From positions 840,953 to 904,952 of the forward strand of contig CBDCKA010000001.1 of assembly GCA_965218055.1 (NCBI GenBank): 64,000 nt of DNA, written 5' to 3'. Both the position numbers and the translations under genes were made by a program. The notes beneath the pieces were generated by a model. It was given only the letters and a program-made list of their open reading frames with translations, had not been told where the DNA came from and searched no databases. The DNA comes from Terriglobia bacterium (GTDB lineage: Bacteria > Acidobacteriota > Terriglobia > JAJPHL01 > JAPKYU01). Shown in pieces: positions 49,641 to 58,982 of the stretch (position 1 is the first letter of the stretch; the number at the start of each line of letters is the position of its first letter).

Positions 49641-51094
49641 TAGTCCTCCAAGTCGATGGCCAGGTAGCCCTGCGCCGCCGTGGGGCCGCTCATCGTACCG
49701 AAGCCGTTGGAGATGAAGGCGAAGCCGTGGCCGTTTTCAAAGTCACAGTCCACGTCGAGAAAACCCTGGAAGCCCATAGCGATCCCCGACAACACGTAAG
49801 TCTCGCTGCCCCAGGACGGGACCTCCTTCGTCTCCATATCGGCGGGATTGGCCTCCGCACCATAGAACTTGATCGTGCAAGTTCCGCCATAGTTGGAAGC
49901 GTTCGTGAAGGCGATCCCGGTGTCAAAGCCTCCCGCGTTGGTCACGAACGGAAAGCGCATGCTCGTCTCACAGGGATCGAATCCGATGACCCGCACGGCA
50001 GCGGCATCAGCGAACTGCGGATTACCCTCGCTAGCACTGACGAAGCCCACGCTCACCATGCCGTCGGCGATCACGGTGTCTTCCTCCCACGTGAAGCTCA
50101 CCATCAACGTATTGCTCTGCGTCATATCTCCGGCGTCAGAGACATTGTAAGTGACCGAGCCGTCGCCGTCGTCGTCCAGGGTAACTGGAATCATACCATT
50201 GGCCGCTGTCGCGGTTGATGTAGTGGTCAGCGTGACTTTCATGGGATCGGTAGTGCTATCGGTAACCGACACATCGTTGTTGGCTATGTTTGTGATCATC
50301 ACGGTCACGCCGTCCGGGATGCCGGCGAATTTCACCCTTACTACGCCATAGTCAGCACTGTCAGATTGGTCGGTGAGCGCCGTAGCAAAGCCTTCCGTGA
50401 TCGTTATGGTAGCCATTCCCATTTCCATGGTTTCGCACTGCAGGACGTTGGCATCGTCCACCTTGACGGCCAGTCCGGTTTTGACCTTCGAGACATCGAA
50501 CGCCCCCGGCGACACGGACTGCGTGTTCACAGTGAGTTGGGCGGATATCTCTCCGTCGTCTCCCACCATGTAGGCGTTGGCTCGGATGCCGGCGATGATC
50601 ACATTGAAACCGTTGTCGCCAACTCCCAAGCCGAGACTTGCGCCGCTGAGTTTCTCCCACACGACCGTGTTCGGGTCCTCATCGGCATCAATCATCGGAC
50701 CTGCATCACCGGCGGCAGGGTCAAACACGGTTTCGCTTATAGCAGTGCCGCCCGTAGTCCCATCACTGTTCAACTCAGCAGCGTCATAGCTCAGGTCAGC
50801 CAGGCTGGTGATTGGAGTGTTCAGCGTAATGCTTAATGTGAAATCGGTTATTGCAAACAGCGAGCCGGTGTCCTCTGAAGGCACGCACCGCAACTCGATG
50901 CCGCCGATCTGTTCGGTCATGCCCTCGGCCCGCACCGTGGCCACTGCATCGTCGCCCGTAGCAGCCCGCGCCTCGCACCGTTGCGCCTGGGCCACGCTGC
51001 TGCTCAGCACGATGGCCGCCAGCAGGGACAGCATGACGATGCTGTTTCTCAAGATCGCCTTTTGAACCCTCTTCATCGTTCTTCCTTTTTCCAT
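49640..51094 (-). CDS. secreted acidic Thr/Asp/Gly-rich protein of unrecognised family (candidate major surface / secreted protein)
   Basis: Within ORF 49640..51163. Start MEKGRTMKRVQKAILRNSIVMLSLLAAIVLSSSVAQA (signal peptide), GAGG 5 nt upstream. C-terminal 4-Cys module FDPCETSMRFPFVTNAGGFDTGIAFTNAS...CTIKFYG...CDFENGHGFAFI...AQGYLAI. Noticeably lower GC than the flanks. Confidence 0.8.
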   Translation of the reverse strand: MEKGRTMKRVQKAILRNSIVMLSLLAAIVLSSSVAQAQRCEARAATGDDAVATVRAEGMTEQIGGIELRCVPSEDTGSLFAITDFTLSITLNTPITSLADLSYDAAELNSDGTTGGTAISETVFDPAAGDAGPMIDADEDPNTVVWEKLSGASLGLGVGDNGFNVIIAGIRANAYMVGDDGEISAQLTVNTQSVSPGAFDVSKVKTGLAVKVDDANVLQCETMEMGMATITITEGFATALTDQSDSADYGVVRVKFAGIPDGVTVMITNIANNDVSVTDSTTDPMKVTLTTTSTATAANGMIPVTLDDDGDGSVTYNVSDAGDMTQSNTLMVSFTWEEDTVIADGMVSVGFVSASEGNPQFADAAAVRVIGFDPCETSMRFPFVTNAGGFDTGIAFTNASNYGGTCTIKFYGAEANPADMETKEVPSWGSETYVLSGIAMGFQGFLDVDCDFENGHGFAFISNGFGTMSGPTAAQGYLAIDLED

Positions 51095-51574
51095 CTCGCC
51101 TCTTCTCCTTCTTGATTTCAGAGTCAGAATTTTTGATTCCTGGATGACGTTATACCTCAACATGCTCCCCCGTCACGAGAGCTACTGAACAACACGCTCA
51201 CCACAACTTCGCCGCTCCGGGCGGCAAGCTCTGGCAAACCGTACACTCTCGCCGGAGATTGAAAGCCTCACACAGTTCACCTTGGACCCACCCGGGGTGA
51301 TGACGCATTTTTTGTATCAACTCCAGCTGTGCCGCGTCAACTGTTTTTTTACTTTCCTGTTTACTACCCCAAACGGCCAGAGGCGGGATGGCGCGCTCTC
51401 GCCCCGATCATCACTGCCAGTCCAAGCCGGTCCAAACGTTCCCTGCCGCCTTACATACAAAGCGGCCATCGTGAAATTAACAACTGGCAGGGGGTATGTC
51501 AAGATTTTTTTTCGAAATGTGCCAGGAAAAAACAGGCCACTAGGGGGGGCAAGGGGGCGGTAGGCAGTAGGCGG

Positions 51575-51904
51575 CTATCCGGGGAGAAATTTTTGCGGAT
51601 CGGCCATCATACGACCCAACATTCTGCCTAACTGTTCATACCCGGTGACGATGCGCCTATGCAGATCCTGCGATAAGTAGCCGCAATCACGGGCGAAGTC
51701 GAGCCACACTTGCGTTTCGGTTGCCTCCGCGTCGGCGTCAGCAAGCTTACTCACAAACATACTCGGATATTGCCGCTTTCTGAAGCCTTCGGCGAGGTTC
51801 GCGGCAACGCTGCGTGAGGAGCGGCGTATTTGATCGGTCAAGGAGAAACGCTCATCCCTGGGGAATACCTTAGCCGGAATTTCCATTTTGAGCTTCCCCT
51901 TCAC
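51575..51904 (-). CDS. four-helix-bundle protein (23S rRNA intervening-sequence protein / Avd family), possibly N-terminally truncated
   Basis: 109 aa. ...FPRDERFSLTDQIRRSSRSVAANLAEGFRKRQ...WLDFARDCGYL matches the PF05635 core. The usual N-terminal helix (about 30 aa) is absent; an in-frame stop lies immediately upstream. Confidence 0.75.
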   Translation of the reverse strand: MKGKLKMEIPAKVFPRDERFSLTDQIRRSSRSVAANLAEGFRKRQYPSMFVSKLADADAEATETQVWLDFARDCGYLSQDLHRRIVTGYEQLGRMLGRMMADPQKFLPG

Positions 51905-52049
51905 CCGAAAACCTATGCCTCGTACCCTGTCGTGTCAATCGCAAATCGCCCGGGCCTCTTTGAGGTGGTAGTGCGGCACATTTTGGCTGTTCTTCGGAGT
52001 CGCTGTGCGGGTTTCGCCTGCCCAGCCTGCCTCGCCGCTGACACTTGTC

Positions 52050-53600
52050 CGGCCCGACCACTTCTGAGCACCTAAAATTACCCTCTCTCCTGGGTCGCTA
52101 GCCGTCTGGCAGCGGCAGTGCCGAGATCGTTCGCAGCATGCTGCTGAACAGCCTCCGGCTCAAGTGCCCTTCGGCCAGCAAAAGCCAGTAATATCGTGCA
52201 TGTTTCACCAGCCGTCCGCCCGTTTTCACCAGCCGCTGCTGCAAACTCGTCAGCGACCAGTTGTTGATCCTCTTCGGTAGCACCAGCCGCCGCCACAGGT
52301 TTCCCAAGTTGTAGGCGATCAGGCTCAGCCATAGGCGCACCTCGTTCGACCGAAACCGATGGCAACTCAGCCGGGTCATCTTTACCGCCTGCTTGCCTTC
52401 CTTGATCCATTGCTCTGCGGTGCCCCGCTTGTTGTAGAACCGGACCACCGCCCGGCTGTCGGTCTCCAGATTGGTGACGATGAACCCCACGCGAGGGAAC
52501 AGTTCGCCAAAGTGGAACTCCACCTTCGCCACCACCCGCCGCGCCTTTTTCCAACTGGCTGCCTGGTAGAGAAAGCTCTTGTACCAGACCACCGGCTTGT
52601 GGCTCGGTCGCCCCACTGACCGCGTCAACAACTCCGCGATGTCCCTCTCCAGACTGTCGTTGGCCGGGATGCGAATCGCATACTTCACGTCCCGCTCCTC
52701 CAGTGCGTCGTAGATCTCCGGCTTGGCGAAGGCGGCGTCGGCGCGAAACACCGCTTCCTTGCCCAGCTTCTGCTGCCGTTCGATCTCTGGCAGGAGAAGT
52801 TCTTCCCAATCCTCGGCGCTGTGCACGTTGCCGGGTCGCAGCTTGGCCGCCAGACAGTCACCCTCGCGACTGAACAGCAACAACGGGTGATAGCAACTCG
52901 ACTCGAAATGCCCGTTGTAGGCGCTCTGTTCCTGCTCCCCGTAGACCGGGATCTCGGTGCTGTCCATGTCCAGCACCACCCGGCGCGGCGCATCCATAGC
53001 TTCCGCCCTGGCGATCAAATCCCGGTTGATCGCTGCCAAACCAGCAAGGTTCTCGTCTTGCGTCAGCAGTTCTGTCTCGAACGACTGTAACCGGGAAGTC
53101 AGGGCTGCGCCACGTTCCCAGATCTTCTCCGAACCGATCAGCCGGAACGTCGGATCTTGGGAAAGCCGCTCGGCGTCGTTGACGTCTTCGTATCCTGCCA
53201 AGCGGCTGTAGATGGACTGCCGCAGCAAGTCAGCGAGGGGCAACCGGGTGTTCTTCCCCCGAGAGTCGATCAAGTGCTGTTCGATAAGTTCGCCGAACCC
53301 CAAACGTTCGTCCAACTCGCGCACCAGAATCAGACCGCCGTCGGAAGTGATTCGCGATCCCTGAAATGTGACCCGCAGAAACCGGTTGAATGACAGTTGA
53401 AACGCCTGTTTTTGGCTCTCACCCATTCGGTGTACACCTCCGGAAGGCAATGTTGATGCTGGAACCCGCATCAATACTGACGTTGGAGTCATTCAGAAGG
53501 TTGCCGCCGATAGTTCATAAAGGAAATCCGGGCTTAGAATGCTGGAAGACCTCCATCGCTAGCTTGTACGCCAGTTGATAAGCTTTCAGATCCCGATGTC
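52050..53600 (-). mobile_element. IS1380-family insertion sequence (ends approximate)
   Basis: Single DDE transposase ORF with about 100-170 bp of flanking non-coding sequence. It sits between the Avd-like gene and the gspD 3' end. The terminal inverted repeats could not be defined confidently by eye. Confidence 0.55.
52098..53426 (-). CDS. IS1380-family DDE transposase
   Basis: Within ORF 52098..53492. Start MGESQKQAFQLSFNRFLRVTFQGSRITSDGGLILVRELDERLGF is the characteristic IS1380 transposase N-terminus. DDE region ...VVLDMDSTEIPVYGEQE... Confidence 0.85.
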   Translation of the reverse strand: MGESQKQAFQLSFNRFLRVTFQGSRITSDGGLILVRELDERLGFGELIEQHLIDSRGKNTRLPLADLLRQSIYSRLAGYEDVNDAERLSQDPTFRLIGSEKIWERGAALTSRLQSFETELLTQDENLAGLAAINRDLIARAEAMDAPRRVVLDMDSTEIPVYGEQEQSAYNGHFESSCYHPLLLFSREGDCLAAKLRPGNVHSAEDWEELLLPEIERQQKLGKEAVFRADAAFAKPEIYDALEERDVKYAIRIPANDSLERDIAELLTRSVGRPSHKPVVWYKSFLYQAASWKKARRVVAKVEFHFGELFPRVGFIVTNLETDSRAVVRFYNKRGTAEQWIKEGKQAVKMTRLSCHRFRSNEVRLWLSLIAYNLGNLWRRLVLPKRINNWSLTSLQQRLVKTGGRLVKHARYYWLLLAEGHLSRRLFSSMLRTISALPLPDG

Positions 53601-53664
53601 CCTGTAGCAATTGAACCTTCCGTCCACCGCCCGCTTTCCGCCTTCTGCTTTCTGCCTACTGGCC

Positions 53665-55941
53665 TTACTCGCTCTCCTGCCTGAGCGCCTTGCGCAATTC
53701 CTTCAATTTGTCGTGGAACTCCTTGGTGGCCATCTTGGCCTCGCCCATGTCCTTGATCACCCTGGGCGTGAGCAGGATGATCAGCTCGTTGCGGCTGGTG
53801 GAATCGCGGGTGGTGCCGAACAATAGCCCCAAGCCGGGAATGCGCCCTAACAGCGGCACTCGATTGGTGGAGACGATCCGGGTTTCCGAGATGATGCCGC
53901 CCAGGGCAATGGTCTCCCCGTCCTGCACCGTCACCTGAGTGGACACGGAACGCTTCTGGATCGAAGTCAGAGTGCCGCTGCTGGTCGGCAAGCTGACTTC
54001 CTGGTCGATACGCAACGTCACCAGCCCGCTGGGATTGATGCGCGGTGTCACCGACAGGATCACGCCGGTATCCCGCCGCTGGTAGGAACTGACAGGTGAG
54101 ATGGTCCCGAAGGCTACACCCTGCTGAGTCTGGATGGGAATCTCCTGTCCTACCTGGATGCGCGCCTCGGTGTTATTGCTGGCCAAAAGCGTGGGCGCGG
54201 AAAGCACCCGTGTGCGTCCCCGGTTCTCCTGGGCATTCAGGAACAGGAACAACTCGCGGCTGCGGCCTATCAAGGTGCCCACCGAAGCGCTCAGGCCGGC
54301 GTTAGGAAACGTCTCCGTCCCGAAAGCGCTGAATTGCCCAACGGGATTCCGGGAGGCGCTGCTGCGCCGCTGGAGGAACGCTTCGACCCCGAAGGACAGC
54401 GCCCCCGATAAGGTGACCTCGTACACCTTGGCTTCAATGAGCACCTGCCGGGGCGCCACGTCCAGCTCCTTCAGGGTCTCAAGGATGACTTCGTAGTCCT
54501 GCGGGGTAGCCTGGACGACCAGGGTATTGTTGATGGGGTCCGGAACAATGCGCGCCGGACTCTGCAACATTCCACCCGGCACAGCAGCTATGAAGATTTG
54601 CCTGGAACCCCGGTACATAGAACCCCGCGATGTTTGGCCCACCCCGCCGACAGGAAACGACACACCTCCGGGCGTCATTCCTCCACCAGCCGATCCCATC
54701 CCGCCGGGCGGTATCATCCCCGGCGCCGCCATCCCTGGCGCTGTCATCCCGGGCGCCGACGCTCCTGTTGCCTCCGCACCCATCATCGGCCGAGCTGCTC
54801 CGTAAAGGCCCGCCAATACGAAAGCCAACTCCCCCGCCGCCCTGTTTTCCACCTTGTAGGCAAAGTTCTGCAGTCCCCCACGGCGCACGGGCTTGTCCAG
54901 CTTCTCAATCCACTGCTGCACTTCCGAGTACACCTCGGAATTCGGAGTCGCCACCAGGATGGAGTTGATTCGCTCCAGTGCAATAAACCGCACCGCCGAG
55001 CCTTCCTTCGAGAGGGCATACGCCTTGAAGATTTCCTCCAGGTCCTTGACCAGGCTGCTGGCCTGGCTGTTCTCGATGGCAAACAACCGGACCCGCTGCT
55101 GCTCCAGCGCCGAGGTGTCAAACAGGTTCACCATCTCCATTAGCCGCTTCAGGCTGCGGCTGGTGTCGGTGATGAGCAGGATGTTGCCCGGCTCGTGGGT
55201 CACGATGTGGCCCGCTTCCGACAGGTAGCTGCTCAGGATTTTCGACATATCCGCGGCGGTGACGAAGCTGAGGGCGACCACGTTCATCACCATGCGGTCA
55301 TCAGGCGGCAGGCTGGCTCCAGTGGGATCCTGGGTGAGCGGTAGCGGAACACGCGGCGCTCCCTTCAGGGGCACGATCCGCCAGAAGCTGCCGCTCTGGA
55401 CGGCCGAGGCCCCGTTGGCCCGCAGGATGGCCTGCAGCAGGGGCAGCAGGTCCTCATGACTCAGGTTGCCCAGGGTGTTGATGTTCACCACACCCTTCAC
55501 CCCAGGGTCCACGACATAGTTCATCTTGAGTTCGGCGGCAATGATCCCAATCACCTGAAGCAGGTTGGCATTCTCCAGGTGGAGGCTGATGCGCGCCCCA
55601 GCTCGCGTCTTCTCCGTTGCCGGTGCCGCTTCCGCCTCCTGCGCGGGAGGCTCTGCCGATGGCTGGTCTTGAGGCTGGGCAGTCGGTTGTTGCGGTTCCT
55701 GAGCCTGAGGCTCTGTCGGTTCCCCCTGCGCTGGCGGCTGGACCGATTGCTCGGTTTGAGACTGCGCAGGTGGTTGCGCGGGTTCCTGGACCGGCGCGGC
55801 CTTCCTCGGAGTGCTGCCTGCGGCGACCGTCGACATCAGCCCCCAAGCTGCTAAAACTAGGACGGCGCTACCCAGTTGGCCTCTCAGTACACCGGATGTG
55901 AAATTCTGCATCCTCTTCATGGTTCGTTTTATTCGGCTCAT
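53665..55941 (-). CDS. gspD: type II secretion system secretin GspD
   Basis: Within ORF 53665..56007. Start MSRIKRTMKRMQNF. Signal peptide, Pro/Gln-rich linker, N0-N3 domains, and secretin domain ...GETIALGGIISETRIVSTNRVPLLGRIPGLGLLFGTTRDSTSRNELIILLTPRVI. Confidence 0.9.
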   Translation of the reverse strand: MSRIKRTMKRMQNFTSGVLRGQLGSAVLVLAAWGLMSTVAAGSTPRKAAPVQEPAQPPAQSQTEQSVQPPAQGEPTEPQAQEPQQPTAQPQDQPSAEPPAQEAEAAPATEKTRAGARISLHLENANLLQVIGIIAAELKMNYVVDPGVKGVVNINTLGNLSHEDLLPLLQAILRANGASAVQSGSFWRIVPLKGAPRVPLPLTQDPTGASLPPDDRMVMNVVALSFVTAADMSKILSSYLSEAGHIVTHEPGNILLITDTSRSLKRLMEMVNLFDTSALEQQRVRLFAIENSQASSLVKDLEEIFKAYALSKEGSAVRFIALERINSILVATPNSEVYSEVQQWIEKLDKPVRRGGLQNFAYKVENRAAGELAFVLAGLYGAARPMMGAEATGASAPGMTAPGMAAPGMIPPGGMGSAGGGMTPGGVSFPVGGVGQTSRGSMYRGSRQIFIAAVPGGMLQSPARIVPDPINNTLVVQATPQDYEVILETLKELDVAPRQVLIEAKVYEVTLSGALSFGVEAFLQRRSSASRNPVGQFSAFGTETFPNAGLSASVGTLIGRSRELFLFLNAQENRGRTRVLSAPTLLASNNTEARIQVGQEIPIQTQQGVAFGTISPVSSYQRRDTGVILSVTPRINPSGLVTLRIDQEVSLPTSSGTLTSIQKRSVSTQVTVQDGETIALGGIISETRIVSTNRVPLLGRIPGLGLLFGTTRDSTSRNELIILLTPRVIKDMGEAKMATKEFHDKLKELRKALRQESE

Positions 55942-55954
55942 CTCAGATTCTGCC

Positions 55955-56752
55955 TCATTGGGTTTTCTGCGCCGCCGGGAGATCCTCATACCAGGTCTGT
56001 ACGCCAAATGGCGTTACCCGGTCGTATCTCTTCCGGTTACCTTCGACGGTGACGGTTAAATAGCGATCCCCGGTGGGGGAGCCGGTCGCTGGGGCGACAG
56101 CGGGAGCGGTGGCGGCTCCTGGGGTGGGTGTAGACGCCGGCCCTGCAGAAGAAGCTGAAGGGGCAGCCGGAACAGCGGTCAACACCTGGTCGGCCGCGGT
56201 GCCGGCCGGGCGGGCGGGCCGGACTGCGGCCCGCCCGGCGGCCTGGCGCACGTTTTCGGCTGATTCGTAGACATCAATGGTGGTCTTCTGGCCCTCGAAT
56301 TCGATAATCACCTGGTGCTCGGCGATTTCCGCCACGCGATAGCCACCGATTTCATCGCCCACCTTGAGCCGGCGGAATGTGGCCTGCCTGGCCTGTTGCG
56401 GCTCGGCCATCAGGGCCACCGGACCGCTGCCGAGGTTCACGGTTCCAATCACCAAGGGGACCGGCGGCCGGACCTTGGATACGCTTGCCAACGCCTGGTC
56501 GTTGTTGCGGTCGGGGCTGAACAGGTTGCGGGTAAGCAGCACGGAGTGGCTGTCCGGGACAGCCGCCAGTCCAGCTTCAGGCATGCCTGCTTTGGACACA
56601 CCTGCCCAGGGGGTGGCTGCTGAGGTCACAAACTGCTTGTAGCGGGCATGATTGCTCTGCCAGGTATCGTGGATGGCGGCAGCAACCCACACCGCCAGCG
56701 TCAAGAGGGCCAGGTTAAGATAGGTTATCGGTTTGCGCATGCTTTCTCTCAC
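55955..56752 (-). CDS. T2SS accessory protein (GspC/GspN/PilP-like), single N-terminal TM
   Basis: 265 aa. TM helix ITYLNLALLTLAVWVAAAI, then a periplasmic domain and an Ala/Pro-rich tail. Located between the gspM-like gene and gspD. Confidence 0.5.
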   Translation of the reverse strand: MRESMRKPITYLNLALLTLAVWVAAAIHDTWQSNHARYKQFVTSAATPWAGVSKAGMPEAGLAAVPDSHSVLLTRNLFSPDRNNDQALASVSKVRPPVPLVIGTVNLGSGPVALMAEPQQARQATFRRLKVGDEIGGYRVAEIAEHQVIIEFEGQKTTIDVYESAENVRQAAGRAAVRPARPAGTAADQVLTAVPAAPSASSAGPASTPTPGAATAPAVAPATGSPTGDRYLTVTVEGNRKRYDRVTPFGVQTWYEDLPAAQKTQ

Positions 56753-57411
56753 GATTTGGGAGTTGGCGCGGGCTCGGCGAACATCAGCCCACGAATCACC
56801 ATTCGCACCGTCACCATCTTTTGTGGCTTTTGTGGTTTTTGTGTCCGACCGGGACGCGAGGGCAACGCCCTAATGGAGAGCTGATCCAGCGCCAGTACCT
56901 TGCGACTGGCGTGGGCAGCCAGCAGAAAACTCGTGAGCTGGTCCAGCCTGCATTGGAACGACAACGACAAGGGCACGACGTTATAGCTCGCCCCGGCGAC
57001 CTTGAGAACCCGCACCGGCCGGAAGGCGGCGTTGCGCATTTCCATGCCCTGCTTCGCCATCAGTTGCTTGATCACTTCCTGCAACTCGGCCGCAGCCAGG
57101 GCCGACGTGCTGCTGCTCAGCAGGCCTTTCTCGGCTTCAGCCAGACGAGCCTGCATTTCCTGAAACTCCTTTTTCTGATCTGCGGCCAGGGCTACAAGTC
57201 GCCGGTATTTGCGCAGGGTCTTCTCCTTCAGTGGCAGCGAGGCACGGAGCTTCTCGGCGGGGTCCATGACGGGCAAGACAAGCAAATCCAGCAGCAGGAA
57301 CAGAGCAGTGGCAGCTGCCAGCAAGAGCAGAGCCCGCTGGTCTCGAGCGCTCAAAGAACGCAAGAAAGACGCAGCTGTCGCTGGCTCCCTCTTCCTGCCT
57401 CCGTTAGTCAT
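56749..57411 (-). CDS. gspM: T2SS protein GspM-like
   Basis: 220 aa. One TM helix (ALLLLAAATALFLLLDLLVL) plus a coiled coil. Overlaps the gspL stop. Confidence 0.6.
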   Translation of the reverse strand: MTNGGRKREPATAASFLRSLSARDQRALLLLAAATALFLLLDLLVLPVMDPAEKLRASLPLKEKTLRKYRRLVALAADQKKEFQEMQARLAEAEKGLLSSSTSALAAAELQEVIKQLMAKQGMEMRNAAFRPVRVLKVAGASYNVVPLSLSFQCRLDQLTSFLLAAHASRKVLALDQLSIRALPSRPGRTQKPQKPQKMVTVRMVIRGLMFAEPAPTPKS

Positions 57412-58939
57412 GACTGGCCACCTCCTCCGCTCGTGCCTGCGTCTCCCGCAACCGCATCCGGATCTGGAAGGCCTCCCGCCCTTGTTTGTTCTTGGTGATC
57501 GCGGTGATGAATTCCGGCTGTTGGAAATGCGGCGACTGATTGATGGCCTGTAGAATGCCGGAAGCGGATTGGGCTTGCCCGGAGGCCGTCACCTGGTTAT
57601 CCTTAAAATGGAGTGTTTGCAACCAGGCCGTATCGGGAACCAGGCGAGTTAGTTCCTTCCACGCCTCGAGCCTGAGCGCGATATCCTGCCGCTGGCCCTG
57701 TAGCAGATCCCATTTCAACAACAGCGCCTGGTGGCGGGAATTCAGCTGTTCCACATGCTCCACATGGGGCTGCAACTTGCTGATCTCCGAGTTCAACCAG
57801 GAGGAATAGAAGCGGTCCTGCACCCATGTGGTTGCGAGCCAGGCAGCGCCGAGCAACAGCACAAGTACCACCAACGCATAGGCCGACGCATGTGCCCAAT
57901 GGGAGCGCCAGTGAGATCGCCAGTGAGAGCGGTAGCGCTTCTCCGCCGGCAGCAGATTCCAGCGCAGGCCGGGGGGGGAGGCCAACCCCGGCAGGCGGAG
58001 TTCGAGCTCTGGCAGGGCCGCCGCGTAGGCCACAAGATGCTTTCGGAGGTGGAACTCCGCTGGCCCCGCCTCGGGAATGACCACCGGAATATCCTCTGCC
58101 GAGGACCGGTTCGCTGGTGCAGAGTCTTCTGCTGCCGGTTGTTCTCTGACTTCCGATTTTTGCGCGATGACTTCGCCAGTTTCTAGCAGCGGCGGACTAT
58201 CCTGGGGATCGAGTCGCAACTCGGCCACGCAAAACTCCACTTCGCGCTCGAACGAGGTCGTAGCCGCAACTTCTTTAGAGTAGAACGAGCCATCGGGTGC
58301 GACTCCCAGCAGTTCCAGAACTTGCCCGCAGTGATCCATCAACAACAGCGGGCGAGGCAGTCCTGGCTTGTTCCGGCCCCGATGGAAGGAAGCCCCGCGC
58401 AGCGCCTGGTACAGCACGGCTGTAGAAAGGGTGAAGCCGGCCACGTCCACGCCCGCCTGGCAGAACCACTGGTAGAGCTGATCGAGCGCACTCTTCTCCA
58501 CAAGCGCTACAGCCACCCGCAGCCGCCTTCCGAGGCCCTCCTCCGAGGCGCCGGTCCCATTGCCCGCGCCGCGCGCAGGCGATTCGGGCAGCAGCGCGTA
58601 GTCGAAATAGACGCTGCCTTCCTCGAAGGGGTGGAGCTGATCTACCTGGTAGGCCACCGTCTGCCTCAGTTCTCGCCCAACTTCGGGGGGCAATTCCAGC
58701 GTTCGCACCAGGCCGGCTCCGCGCGGGAGCGCCACCAGCGCGCTGGTCGTCAACGCATGATTCTCTTCGCGGAAGCGCCGGTACTGCTGGGCCACCTCGG
58801 CCACCGGCCGGGTGCGGAAATCCTCAATCCGGAGGAATCCGCTGACCCGCAGGCGACGCCCGCGGCCGCGCAGGGAGACGGCTTCCAGGTGACTCCCCCG
58901 AATTGCAATGCCGATGCTGGTCCCCAGGTGGACGGTCAT
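57404..58939 (-). CDS. gspL: T2SS protein GspL-like (actin-like cytoplasmic domain + TM + periplasmic domain)
   Basis: 511 aa. Position and architecture fit GspL. Contains an RSHWRSHWRSHW tandem repeat before the TM helix. Confidence 0.65.
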   Translation of the reverse strand: MTVHLGTSIGIAIRGSHLEAVSLRGRGRRLRVSGFLRIEDFRTRPVAEVAQQYRRFREENHALTTSALVALPRGAGLVRTLELPPEVGRELRQTVAYQVDQLHPFEEGSVYFDYALLPESPARGAGNGTGASEEGLGRRLRVAVALVEKSALDQLYQWFCQAGVDVAGFTLSTAVLYQALRGASFHRGRNKPGLPRPLLLMDHCGQVLELLGVAPDGSFYSKEVAATTSFEREVEFCVAELRLDPQDSPPLLETGEVIAQKSEVREQPAAEDSAPANRSSAEDIPVVIPEAGPAEFHLRKHLVAYAAALPELELRLPGLASPPGLRWNLLPAEKRYRSHWRSHWRSHWAHASAYALVVLVLLLGAAWLATTWVQDRFYSSWLNSEISKLQPHVEHVEQLNSRHQALLLKWDLLQGQRQDIALRLEAWKELTRLVPDTAWLQTLHFKDNQVTASGQAQSASGILQAINQSPHFQQPEFITAITKNKQGREAFQIRMRLRETQARAEEVASHD

Positions 58940-58982
58940 TTCCGATACGCTCGCTTCTTCAAGTCCTCGTTCATAGCCCAGT

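Noticed and set aside
51095-52097. DGR template repeat matching the 3' ends of the acidic-protein genes
   Set aside because: Visual comparison of 49640-49800 and 47649-47830 with the non-coding segments around the Avd-like gene found no extended similarity. No reverse transcriptase is present in the window. Kept only as a low-confidence hypothesis.
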